From Halogeometricum borinquense DSM 11551 (GTDB lineage Archaea > Halobacteriota > Halobacteria > Halobacteriales > Haloferacaceae), in assembly GCF_000172995.2 (NCBI RefSeq), contig NC_014729.1:1260001-1292000 (forward strand): a DNA stretch of 32,000 nucleotides. The letters run 5' to 3'. The first letter of the stretch is position 1; each line of letters starts with the position of its first letter. A model generated the notes under the pieces. It worked only from the letters and a program-made list of their open reading frames with translations, did no database searches and was not told where the DNA came from. Position numbers and translations under genes: made by a program. Shown one piece after another: positions 19,539-29,141 of the stretch.

Positions 19539-20354
19539 TCATCCAAGCGTTCCGATGTGATCTGCGGCGTAGCCGAACACGTCCTCGTAGCCGTACGCGG
19601 AGAGTAAGACGGGATAGAACGCTCTGTCAGCGGTGAACACCTCGCCGTCAGCGGCGGCGAACCGGTCACCCTCCTCGACGCGTTCGAAGTTGTTCACGAA
19701 CACGTCGTACTCGTCGGCGGGTTCTTTCGGAATGCATTCGAGCATCCGGTAGACGTTCACGTCGTCCTCATCACGGCGGTCCAACGAGAGCGGCGATTCG
19801 CCGGCTTCGATAGGTGCCGAGACGACGCCCGTGGCCGCCAAGAACGCGCGAATCAGCCAATAGGCGTTCTCCTCTGCGTCGGGAGTGCCTTGGAGGCCAC
19901 ACTCGACTTCGATGGTGTGTGCGTGGTCGATGAGGCGGCCACCGGCGAACTCCGATGTCTCGACGAGTTCATCGACAGGGAGGTGCGGGCAGATAGAGCG
20001 CGCGACGGCACCGACGCTATCGACGAGGGCGAACGGCTTGGCGTACGACTGGGTGGAGTGAAGCGAGAACGTCGTACACCCGCGGATTTCGCGGACGACC
20101 TCCGCGGCGAGTCGTCGTTCGTGCGTTTCAGCGTTCGGGTCGCCGGGAAAGGCGCGGTTCAGGTCTTCGTCGATGTAGCGGACATCCTCCGCGAGTGCTT
20201 CCTCGTTGGCGATAATGAGTTTCACCGGACGGTCAACAGTCGGTTCTTCGGCGACGAAACGGTCGATAGCGCTGGCACCACACGGTTCATCACCGTGTAT
20301 GGACCCGACGACGGCGACCTCGGGCGTCCCCTCACCGAGTTCGTAAATCCGCAT
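19539..20354 (-). CDS. succinylglutamate desuccinylase/aspartoacylase (AstE/AspA) family zinc hydrolase
   Basis: The ATG at 20354 gives MRIYELGEGTPEVAVVGSIHGDEPCG (H-x-x-E zinc motif). About 271 aa. Confidence 0.8.
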   Translation of the reverse strand: MRIYELGEGTPEVAVVGSIHGDEPCGASAIDRFVAEEPTVDRPVKLIIANEEALAEDVRYIDEDLNRAFPGDPNAETHERRLAAEVVREIRGCTTFSLHSTQSYAKPFALVDSVGAVARSICPHLPVDELVETSEFAGGRLIDHAHTIEVECGLQGTPDAEENAYWLIRAFLAATGVVSAPIEAGESPLSLDRRDEDDVNVYRMLECIPKEPADEYDVFVNNFERVEEGDRFAAADGEVFTADRAFYPVLLSAYGYEDVFGYAADHIGTLG

Positions 20355-20407
20355 GGCAGTCCTCACAGCGCAGGAAAGAAAACCGGTTCGGTACGATATG
20401 CCACCAG

Positions 20408-20893
20408 TTAGTGATCTAATCCCTCAGCATACTCGTAATCGGCGGGGTACGCTGTGGGCCGCGCATCGTCAAGTTCGATCTGCCATCCGTGGAGGACCGT
20501 CGGATCGTCCAAGGCGGCACGTAGCGTCTGTCGAATTTCCTCGACGCCGACGCCGTAGAAATCCGCAGGCGTCCCTCTGAGATACTCAAGTGCGGTCGTA
20601 AACAGCGAGCGCATCCCGTCGTCGTTCTCGAAGTCGAAGTGCTTGTACGCGCCTGCGGCCACCTGCACCATCCCGTGGAGGAACGCCGACTCGATGGTTC
20701 CGCGGCCGTAGTTGTACCACTCGACCTCGAAGCAGTCGTGCGATTCGTGGAATTCACCAGCGTTGTAGAGTCGAATTCCGTGTTCCGTCGCACGTCGGAG
20801 CGTCGCGTGTTCCCACTCGCGCCGGTCCGCCAGCCATCCGGTCGGCTCGCCCAGCGGCGGCGCAACGCCCGGGTCGCGGGTGTGGTCGTCCAT
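20408..20893 (-). CDS. DUF309 domain protein
   Basis: [19 protein letters not shown] matches the DUF309 core (LFN.GE[YF].E.H...E..W). The start is either the ATG at 20893 (MDDHTRD) or the ATG at 20929. Confidence 0.7.
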   Translation of the reverse strand: MDDHTRDPGVAPPLGEPTGWLADRREWEHATLRRATEHGIRLYNAGEFHESHDCFEVEWYNYGRGTIESAFLHGMVQVAAGAYKHFDFENDDGMRSLFTTALEYLRGTPADFYGVGVEEIRQTLRAALDDPTVLHGWQIELDDARPTAYPADYEYAEGLDH

Positions 20894-20949
20894 ACCGAAC
20901 TCTATCACGACGAAGCGACCTAACGGCATCGCCGCGAGGAGATACGCCT

Positions 20950-21219
20950 TTGACGGTCGCCTTCGTCACGGCGGACATGGACAACGGACTCAGAGAACTT
21001 CCGGACGCCATCGCCGCCTACGCCCGCGGTATCGAGGGTGCTATCGGCCGCGGGGCGTTCTACACGCTCGTCTTTCTCCTCGTCGTCGCCGGTATCGGCT
21101 TCGCACCAATCGGACTCGGTATCCTTCTCGTCCTCATGGCCGTCGTTCTTCCCGCAATCGGTGTGGCCGTTGCGCTTGAACTACCGAGCGTCGTGCGGGA
21201 CCGATTTGGTTCGGAGTAA
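20950..21219 (+). CDS. small membrane protein (hypothetical)
   Basis: 89-aa ORF (TTG start, alternative ATG at 20977) with two clear hydrophobic helices ([40 protein letters not shown]). Confidence 0.4.
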   Translation: MTVAFVTADMDNGLRELPDAIAAYARGIEGAIGRGAFYTLVFLLVVAGIGFAPIGLGILLVLMAVVLPAIGVAVALELPSVVRDRFGSE

Positions 21220-21289
21220 GAGATCTATTCGCACGGTTTCGGCACAGTTCGGAACGTTTTAGCGGCGTGGTATCTGAACGTCTAACTGC

Positions 21290-21373
21290 GCGAGGGTGGC
21301 CGAGTCTGGAAAAGGCGGCGGACTCAAGATCCGCTCTCGTAGGAGTCCGTGGGTTCAAATCCCTCCCCTCGCA
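21290..21373 (+). tRNA. tRNA-Leu (anticodon CAA), class II with long variable arm, CCA not encoded
   Basis: Acceptor GCGAGGG/CCCTCGC is perfect. D-arm GCC-GAGTCTGGAAAA-GGC, anticodon arm GCGGA-CTCAAGA-TCCGC, variable arm TCTCGTAGGAGTC, T-arm GTGGG-TTCAAAT-CCCTC (one U-U mismatch), discriminator A. Confidence 0.9.
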
Positions 21374-21416
21374 CTTGTGCCGACGAACTATGTGAGGAGT
21401 GCCAAGTGCGGACGGT

Positions 21417-21466
21417 GGATTTGAACCGGAGAACAGATCTTTGATCTGCGACTGAGGTTCAAATCT
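21417..21466. repeat. compound hairpin: 10-bp inverted repeat of a T-loop-like motif enclosing a 6-bp inner hairpin
   Basis: gatttgaacc (21418-21427) pairs perfectly with ggttcaaatc (21456-21465). The inner stem is cagatc-ttt-gatctg (21434-21448). A homologous arrangement occurs at 6086-6155. Confidence 0.7.
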
Positions 21467-21804
21467 CCCCTCCCATTGTTCTATCTCTAAACAAAACGCA
21501 GCGTATAGTGTGGTCAACAGGCGCGACTCGAGACGTAAGCGTGACATCAAGATCGTAGAAAGCGGGGAAAGGGCGGGGATTCGTGGGACGCGCGACGCGA
21601 CAGGTGCCATCCGACGACGCACGTCAATACTCCCGTGGTAAACTGAAACCGACCACCTACGGAAGCATTTGCATAAACGTCCCGTCCGATTAATAGAGTT
21701 TTCGGATAGACGGAGTAGTTACCACTACCCAAACACAGGACTCAAGAGAAGAAAGCGAATCGCCGCTGTCGGCGGCACCGACTGTATCGGATCAGACGTC
21801 GGAA

Positions 21805-22092
21805 CTACTCGTCAGTCCGCTCGCCGCCGTCGGTGAGTGGGCGGCCGTTCGACTTGAGAACGTCATCTGCGACGCTTCGGGCGCGGGCGGGAGACGGACG
21901 CGACTCCTCGGTGAACTCGTTGCCGAGCGTCTCGACGACGGCCATCACGTCGGAGAGTTCGCCCTGTTCGATGACATCCGCAAAGACGTCCTCGTAGGCG
22001 TGCGCCTCCCAGTGGCTCACCTCGTAGTCGTACGTGTTCGTCTCCGAAGCGACCGCATACTGAAGCTGTCGTGCCGCGTCGGCGGGGTGCAT
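21805..22092 (-). CDS. small acidic hypothetical protein
   Basis: 95-aa ORF with an ATG start and acidic haloarchaeal composition. No recognisable motif. Confidence 0.45.
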   Translation of the reverse strand: MHPADAARQLQYAVASETNTYDYEVSHWEAHAYEDVFADVIEQGELSDVMAVVETLGNEFTEESRPSPARARSVADDVLKSNGRPLTDGGERTDE

Positions 22093-22265
22093 ATCAACGG
22101 AAACAACGTGAATACCTAAAAGTGTACTCGGACTCGGAATTGAGTTAATTGGTCGCTATTTGGGACGCTTTTGTGCTAAGACATGATGGAGTACATCCTC
22201 GCAGAGTTCTGGCCGACGATAGACTTATGTCTATTGCTACCGTACCACATACTTGCTGGTGTACG

Positions 22266-22524
22266 AGGACACACCGGACGACCGAACCAAGCCTTAGAAA
22301 GGTGAGGAACGGAATCGGCGTAAACACCGAACGGGCCGTAAGAGGAACGCGAGGTCAACGCGTCGAAGGAAGACCGCACCGACCCAGTGCTGTTCAATAC
22401 GGAACAGGGGAAGTCCAAGTACCGGACTGCGTGCAAACGGAGTTCGGGAACTTGGAACGCCCAGTGTAATGGGTACTCCAAAATGGACGTGTGGGTCGGG
22501 GAAAACGCATCCCGTCCGGGTCCT
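22266..22524 (+). ncRNA. candidate structured non-coding RNA (identity unresolved)
   Basis: About 480 nt lack a credible ORF. The closing helix is aggac(aca)ccggacg 22266-22280 with cgtccgg-gtcct 22513-22524. Internal hairpins lie at 22347-22363, 22390-22407, 22414-22456 (two stacked stems, 6 and 7 bp) and 22459-22474. Purine-rich unpaired segments on the plus strand (GAAA, GGAA, GUAA) suggest plus-strand polarity. Confidence 0.3.
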
Positions 22525-22571
22525 AATCGTGCCCCAGTTTCTTCAGTTATTACCCGTCAGCGACGACGCCG

Positions 22572-22838
22572 TCACTCGTCAGCTATGAGACGAGCCATCG
22601 CTTCCAGATACTCTGCCGTCACGAGTGGCTCTGCGATCATCGTCTCGTTCGCGCGCCGACATCCGTGGAGCAACATCATCCGTATTTCGTCGTCAGAGAC
22701 TTCGTGGTGCGCGAGGGTTTCGACCGAATCGACGACGCCTTCGACAGTTCGTTCGTCGCGCTCTCGCGCTGCGTCCGCACCCCTATCGAGTAACGCCAAT
22801 AGGCTCGTCCGAACGTCGGCGGGCAGTTCACCCGGCAC
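22572..22838 (-). CDS. small acidic hypothetical protein (88 aa from a GTG start)
   Basis: Only the C-terminal part of the long track ORF 22572..23645 looks protein-like (PGELPADVRTSLLALLDRGADAARERDERTVEGVVDSVETLAHHEVSDDEIRMMLLHGCRRANETMIAEPLVTAEYLEAMARLIADE). The GTG at 22838 sits ~27 nt below a TTTTAT box on that strand, which fits a leaderless layout. Confidence 0.45.
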   Translation of the reverse strand: MPGELPADVRTSLLALLDRGADAARERDERTVEGVVDSVETLAHHEVSDDEIRMMLLHGCRRANETMIAEPLVTAEYLEAMARLIADE

Positions 22839-22884
22839 GTCACGGACCGAAGGGATGAGAAGATAAAACGTATCGGACGATGCC

Positions 22885-22964
22885 GACGAGTGACGACTAC
22901 GGCAAGCGACGACTCCAGCAGGCGACAACCGCGGCAAGCAACGACGGCGGCAAGCGACGACCGC
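22885..22964. repeat. tandem 16-bp repeat, about 5 units (core GGCAAGCGACGAC)
   Basis: Cores lie at 22901-22913 and 22949-22961 (identical), 22933-22945 (1 mismatch), and 22885-22897 and 22917-22929 (10/13 each). The array sits in the divergent intergenic region between the starts at 22838 (-) and 23029 (+). Confidence 0.65.
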
Positions 22965-23028
22965 AAGACTGCGGAAGTGCTGTGCGCGACACGGGAGGTT
23001 TACGGCGACGGGGGCCGCCGACCGTGGT

Positions 23029-23829
23029 ATGGAAAACGAGGCGAAAGTCGGCGTCGCCCGTCGGGCCGCCCGTGCTGGCGGTGCCGTCGCGGCCGACCGC
23101 TTTCGAACCGGTATCGATGTCGAACGAAAAGACGGGAAGACAGACGTAGTAACGCAAGCCGACCGGGACGCACAAAGCCGCGTCATCGACGTGATTCGAG
23201 AGGAGTACGCGGCCGACGCCATCGTCGGCGAGGAAGAAGACGAACTCAAGCAAGTCCCCTCAGAGGGCGCGGCGTGGGTCATCGATCCCATCGACGGCAC
23301 GAACAACTTCGTCCGCGAGCTCCGGGTGTGGGGAACCGCCGTCGCGGCCGTCGAAGACGGCACTCCCGTCGCCGCCGCGACCCGTTTCCCCGCACTTGAA
23401 GACACGTACTGGACCGACGGTGAGGCGACGTACCGAAACAGCGAGGAAGTGACGGTTAGCGACCGAGACGACCCGGAGATGTGTGTCGTCTGCCCGACCA
23501 TCTGGTGGGGATTCGACGAGCGCGACCAGTACGCACGGGCGACGAACGCCATCGTGGACCGATTCGGCGACATGCGTCGCTTCGGATGCGCACAAGCCGT
23601 ATTGGCGATGGTCGCCGACGGGCAACTCGACGGCGTGCTGACCAACGTTCGGGCGAACCCGTGGGATTCCGTCGCCGGCGTTCACATGATTCGCGCCGCG
23701 GGCGGGACGGTTACCGACTTATCGGGCGACCGCTGGCAGCACGATTCACGAGGCCTCGTCGCCTCCAACGGCAAGATTCACGACTCAGTGTTGGAAGCGG
23801 CGCGAGAAATCGACGGACTGGACGGCTGA
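23029..23829 (+). CDS. inositol monophosphatase family protein (IMPase/FBPase-type, SuhB-like)
   Basis: 266 aa with IVGEEED (metal-binding acidic motif) and WVIDPIDGTNNF (IMPase signature). Confidence 0.85.
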   Translation: MENEAKVGVARRAARAGGAVAADRFRTGIDVERKDGKTDVVTQADRDAQSRVIDVIREEYAADAIVGEEEDELKQVPSEGAAWVIDPIDGTNNFVRELRVWGTAVAAVEDGTPVAAATRFPALEDTYWTDGEATYRNSEEVTVSDRDDPEMCVVCPTIWWGFDERDQYARATNAIVDRFGDMRRFGCAQAVLAMVADGQLDGVLTNVRANPWDSVAGVHMIRAAGGTVTDLSGDRWQHDSRGLVASNGKIHDSVLEAAREIDGLDG

Positions 23830-23886
23830 GTCGCAGTTTTGACCTGCTTCCGCAAGGGAAAAGACAGTACTCGACTACCCTACCAC

Positions 23887-24336
23887 ATGGAACTCGACGA
23901 GACGGATCGTGCCATCCTCCGTATCCTCCAGTCCGATGCGCGGACGCCGTTCAGCGAAATTGCAAGGCAAATAGACATGTCCAGCGCGACTGTCCACGAC
24001 CGCGTCGGGCGAATGGAAGATGCAGGTGTCATCGAAGGCTATCACGCGAAGGTTGACCCACGAGAAGTCGGCTACGGAACGTCTGCACTCGTCGGCCTTC
24101 GCGTCGAACAGGGCAGAGAAGAGGACGCGCTCGAACAACTACGAGAGATAGATGGTGTCAAAGAGGTTCACCTCACGACGGGCGAGTGGGACGTGATGCT
24201 CCGCGTATACGCCGAAGATACAGATGCCCTCCGGGACCTCATGTTCGAGAACATCGCCGAAATGGAAGGCTTCTCGCGGTCGCAGACGATGGTCATCCTC
24301 GGTACTGACTTCGAAGACCCCGCCCTCTCAGTGTAG
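23887..24336 (+). CDS. Lrp/AsnC family transcriptional regulator
   Basis: The ATG at 23887 gives MELDETDRAILRILQSDARTPFSEIARQIDMSSATVHDRVGRMEDAGVIEGY (HTH_AsnC type) plus a C-terminal RAM-like domain. The TTG extension at 23839 was rejected. Confidence 0.85.
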   Translation: MELDETDRAILRILQSDARTPFSEIARQIDMSSATVHDRVGRMEDAGVIEGYHAKVDPREVGYGTSALVGLRVEQGREEDALEQLREIDGVKEVHLTTGEWDVMLRVYAEDTDALRDLMFENIAEMEGFSRSQTMVILGTDFEDPALSV

Positions 24337-25605
<1,269 letters not shown>

Positions 25606-25628
25606 CGGTCCGACGCTAACGATCCGTC

Positions 25629-25636
25629 TCTTTTTA
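25629..25636 (+). terminator. oligo-T tract after the membrane protein gene
   Basis: ctcTTTTTa at 25631-25635 lies ~25 nt after the stop at 25605. A 7-bp hairpin cgtagcg...cgctacg follows at about 25725-25746, between the convergent genes. Confidence 0.35.
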
Positions 25637-25765
25637 TCGGAAGACGCGGCCACACGCGCTATCCGTCGAACGAAACCGTACGACGAGACGCGGGAGTCCG
25701 ACACGGCGTCGTGCGGGCGGTATCGTAGCGACCGCAGACGCTACGTGAGTGTCGGCTGTTCGCCC

Positions 25766-27475
25766 CTACGGGTACGGATGGTACGGCTTCTGCAACTCCG
25801 CCTCGAATCCCAGTTCTTCGGGGACACTCGTTGCCCGAGCGCCGAAGAACGGGTCTCCTTGAAATAGCGGTTGGGCTTCGGGAATCAGCACGCGGACGGC
25901 CTCGAATCCGAGCGAAGCCACGTCTGTCGTCGTCGTCCGGACGGCGTACGGATCCAATCCAGCGTCCGCGACGCGTTCGACCACAGCGTCTAACTCCGCT
26001 TTACCCGACGGCACGTCGTCGGGACCGACGCTCGCCGCTGGCACTGCCGGTCCAGCGTTCACGAACCGCCGCGCTGCGTCCGGGAAGTCGGCGTACTCCC
26101 CGATTGCTCCCTTCTCGGCGTTGGCTCGTTCCGGTCCCATCGAGCGGAGTTCCATCCAGTTCTGTAACGCCTCAGCGAGTGCCGACCGTGCTGCGTCGGC
26201 CACATCGAGCGATGCACCCGACCCCATCGCAAACTGCGGCCACTCGCCGTCGCGGTGGACAGCAACGGCGATGACGGGCACGTCCACGTCCTGCGTGACC
26301 AACAGCGGTGTCGCGGTGAGATTCTCGGACCGGGCACGCTTCACCAACGCTCGGTACCCCTCGTCTGCGACGTCGAGTTTGAGCGGATCGAACGAGGAGT
26401 ACCACGCGAGTATCGTCGCATCGCGCTCTATCACCTCGTACAGACCCGAAAGCAACGCTTCGGTGCCGGAGTTTCCGAGACCGAGTCCGGTCGTGATTGG
26501 CGGTTTGTGCCGAGTGTCCGGCGGCGGATAGTGGACGAACTCCGCCGGAACGGAGACAGTGTCTCCGGTAGCGAGGTTCTCGCCGTCAACCCACGGAATC
26601 GGTTCCTCGGCGTCGGGTGCACGGTACGAATCAGGTCGAACGAAACGTGCGGGCGACACGGGTCGAGCGCGCGTCCGTTCGGGCGCGACGGTGAACTCAG
26701 AAGCGCGATAGACGCCTGCACAGTAGCGTTCGAGGGCTTCTCCGAGCGCCTTCATGAACGCCGCGTCCCAGTCGGGATCAACTCCGGCGGCGAATTCGGC
26801 GGCGCGAGCGTCGCTGAACCCGCGCGTATCGGCGGTCTGCGCGAGGTAGTACGGGACGGGGAACGACTCGCGTTCGCCCACCTGCGCGACGAGGCCCGTC
26901 CGGTCGTCCAACGCACGTTCGGCGCGGGCGAGCGAGTCGTCGACAGCGGCGTCGCGGTAGTCGCGGCGAACGGTCCGATCACGGTCCACCGGATCAGGAA
27001 CGGGTAACACTGTCCGTTCGGCCGTGACGCCTGTCCCGGAGATTTCAGCGACGGTGCCGACGACTGAGTCGTCACCGGTCAGGAGCGCGACGGCCCGACG
27101 ACCCGCGACGGCCCCCGCGAGACGGACCGCGCTCCGTCCGCCCGACGGTGAGTCGCCGCCATCAGTCGTCGCGGCGACGCGCGTACAGAGGTCCGCGTAG
27201 CGACTCGTCCCGGCAAAGACCGAAACTGCGGCGTCCAACTCGGCGAGCGGGACGCCACCAACACCGCCGATTTCGACGACCACCAGCCGGTCAGCGGCCA
27301 TACCGACGGTCTGCGGCACTGTTGCCCCCGCCGGTGCGACGACGACGGCGAGCGCCGCCTCGGCGGCATCCTCGGGTGTGGTGTCGTTCACGGCGGCGTC
27401 ACAGTCCGCGAGGGCGGCGCGGACGGCCTCGGCGGCTGGACCGCTCCCGACGAGTGCGATGTCGTGCGTTGTCAC
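25766..27475 (-). CDS. YcaO domain protein with N-terminal Rossmann-like (GxGxxA) extension
   Basis: The FMKALGEALERYCAGVY and LGLGNSGTEALLSGLYEVIERDA blocks are typical YcaO motifs. The N-terminus has IALVGSGPAAEAV. The start is uncertain: GTG at 27475 (MTTHDIALVGSG) is preferred over the TTG at 27538. Confidence 0.8.
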   Translation of the reverse strand: MTTHDIALVGSGPAAEAVRAALADCDAAVNDTTPEDAAEAALAVVVAPAGATVPQTVGMAADRLVVVEIGGVGGVPLAELDAAVSVFAGTSRYADLCTRVAATTDGGDSPSGGRSAVRLAGAVAGRRAVALLTGDDSVVGTVAEISGTGVTAERTVLPVPDPVDRDRTVRRDYRDAAVDDSLARAERALDDRTGLVAQVGERESFPVPYYLAQTADTRGFSDARAAEFAAGVDPDWDAAFMKALGEALERYCAGVYRASEFTVAPERTRARPVSPARFVRPDSYRAPDAEEPIPWVDGENLATGDTVSVPAEFVHYPPPDTRHKPPITTGLGLGNSGTEALLSGLYEVIERDATILAWYSSFDPLKLDVADEGYRALVKRARSENLTATPLLVTQDVDVPVIAVAVHRDGEWPQFAMGSGASLDVADAARSALAEALQNWMELRSMGPERANAEKGAIGEYADFPDAARRFVNAGPAVPAASVGPDDVPSGKAELDAVVERVADAGLDPYAVRTTTTDVASLGFEAVRVLIPEAQPLFQGDPFFGARATSVPEELGFEAELQKPYHPYP

Positions 27476-27558
27476 GGCCAAACCGACGGCAGAGTGAGAG
27501 AAAAATCGCGGGGGTCTCGATGCCCGTTGCCGATGCAAGACAGCGGGCCGATCAGAAC

Positions 27559-28383
27559 TCAGGCGAGGAGGCTCTGTGCGACGCCCGCGAGTTGGTCGGG
27601 GTCAGCGTTGACGAGACGGTCGTCGCCGAGTTTGAGGCGGAGGCGCGGACGACCAACGTCGATTGGTACTTTCTCGGTGTCGATGAGCCCCATCTCTTCG
27701 AGTTTCGTTTTGGTGCGGGAGAACGTCGCCTTGCTGGCGATACCGACATCCTCGCCCCACTTTGAGATGTCGTAGAGGAGGACTTCGTTCTTCGCAGCGA
27801 CAAGGAGGCTGATGGTCACTTCATCGAGCCCGTCGCCGTCACCACGTGCGGTCTGAAGCGAGGAGAGTACCGAGTCGAAGTCGTCGCGTGCGTCGGCGCT
27901 GATCTCCTCTTCGAGCGTCGCTCGAACCCGTTCGATGGGTGGCGTGCGGAGTTTATACTGGGGTGCTTCCTCCCACTGCATCGTGTACGTGTCGTAGGCG
28001 GCGGCGACGAACTCGTCGTCAGTCGTCACCAGACCGGCGACCTGATCGCCCGCAGTGACCAGCGAGACGACGGCGTCTTTGGTGATGAGAAGCGCGTTCG
28101 CTGTCCCGTTATCCGTCGTCCGCATCGAGAGCGACTCGGACTCGACGAGGTCGGCCGCGTTGCTCGCAACGATAAAGTCGTCCATAACATCCTTCAGAAC
28201 GGACTCGTCTGCGATCATCCGTATCTCCGGCAACCCGTCCTCCGTCTCCGAAGCGACGGCGACGAGCGTGTCGATTACGTCCGCCGTGGGATCAACCACG
28301 AGTACGTCCTCCGCCCCCGAGTCGAGGACCGAGCGAAGAATGCGTTCGGCATCCTCCGTAAGCATGTTCGAGTCGATAGTCAT
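27559..28383 (-). CDS. haloarchaeal HTH transcription regulator (TbsP-like, name tentative)
   Basis: 274 aa and very acidic. The C-terminal wHTH-like segment is LYDISKWGEDVGIASKATFSRTKTKLEEMGLIDTEKVPIDVGRPRLRL. The ATG sits directly below an AT-rich box. Confidence 0.55.
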   Translation of the reverse strand: MTIDSNMLTEDAERILRSVLDSGAEDVLVVDPTADVIDTLVAVASETEDGLPEIRMIADESVLKDVMDDFIVASNAADLVESESLSMRTTDNGTANALLITKDAVVSLVTAGDQVAGLVTTDDEFVAAAYDTYTMQWEEAPQYKLRTPPIERVRATLEEEISADARDDFDSVLSSLQTARGDGDGLDEVTISLLVAAKNEVLLYDISKWGEDVGIASKATFSRTKTKLEEMGLIDTEKVPIDVGRPRLRLKLGDDRLVNADPDQLAGVAQSLLA

Positions 28384-28401
28384 GGAGTTAGATAGGCCAC
28401 G

Positions 28402-28419
28402 ATAAATATTTAATATTAA
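28402..28419 (-). promoter_or_regulatory. TATA-like AT-rich box for the regulator gene (leaderless layout)
   Basis: ataaatatttaatattaa is centred ~25-30 nt upstream of the ATG at 28383 on the minus strand, inside an otherwise GC-rich region. Confidence 0.4.
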
Positions 28420-28597
28420 CGCAAAGGAATTGTCAGAATCAAGGAACGAACCCCGTGTATGAAGCTATCCGGAGAACGGTACCGACCGCGTTTTCGGAAG
28501 GGACACCGAGATAACACCTCCGAATAAAACCAGACAGAACGGCCAGTTTGGTATGTATCTAGTAAGTAACGAATAACCGTCGTTTCAGTCTAGCTCT

Positions 28598-29141
28598 CGG
28601 TGCAGGTCACCGGACCAGTGGATGTCACCATCGTAGTTGACATCCTCCTCCGCCTAAAGGCGGAGGAATCCCGAGCGGTGGGAGTTTCAGGTTTGCAGTC
28701 CAATCACTGGACTACCAGTCCTTTTGGGCACGGGTAGTCCCACAGCATCGGACTGGTGGACTGATGGCGGTGCCAAACCGCTGTTACCCCTATCCTTGAC
28801 CGTGTATGGCGTCCCGGTGTTGTTTTGGCCACGGGGACGCCAGCAGGCATCAGCAGAGTCGGGGGTATCGTCTGGTTCGCTTCAAGCAGTCAACACAGAC
28901 ACACGCTTCGAGCATGTGCGTTCACCGATTGCCCTTTCGGATATTGCCTCGTTAGATAGGCGGACAGGCCGCCTCCGTAGGACGGTTCAGAATCCGCTCC
29001 GTTCCGACCGATTCCTACCCTTCGGTACGGCGGCCTGTCAATTAAAGTTCTCGTAGGAAACTCAGAGCGTCCGTTTGAGCGGTAGACTGGTGCCCAGAGT
29101 GACGGCGCGTATCCACGGCCTGAAGGCCGTGGTATTGCGCC
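28598..29141. ncRNA. ~540-nt helix-dense non-coding segment, candidate large structured RNA (polarity possibly minus, identity unknown)
   Basis: Hairpins: 28598-28612 (5 bp), 28620-28645 (8 bp), 28646-28667 (9 bp), 28697-28713 (6 bp), 28767-28781, 28807-28842 (9 bp), 28958-28974 (6 bp) and 29104-29141 (8+5 bp). An 8-bp helix 28714-28721/28750-28757 and an 11-bp long-range helix 28963-28973/29029-29039 enclose a 6-bp helix 28977-28982/29013-29018. GAAA- and GAAG-type loops appear on the minus strand. There is no acidic ORF. Confidence 0.35.

Noticed and set aside
22266-22524. Identifying the structured region as RNase P RNA or SRP (7S) RNA
   Set aside because: GGGGAAGUCC pairs locally (22414-22456) rather than forming P4. 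There is no ACAGAA..GGCUUA partner and no SRP helix-8 GGAA/AGCA motif. The UGUAAU-like string lies at the 3' rather than the 5' side, and the ~260-nt length is short for haloarchaeal RNase P.
22839-23645. Upstream two-thirds of the 357-aa minus-strand ORF 22572..23645
   Set aside because: It runs antisense to the well-supported IMPase-family gene (23029..23829) and is Ser/Arg/Ala-rich rather than acidic. Only the last 88 codons look like a real gene.
28724-29056. 110-aa plus-strand ORF inside the structured block
   Set aside because: It has a TTG start and a basic Ser/Arg/Leu-rich translation unlike local proteins, and it coincides with dense RNA-type helices.
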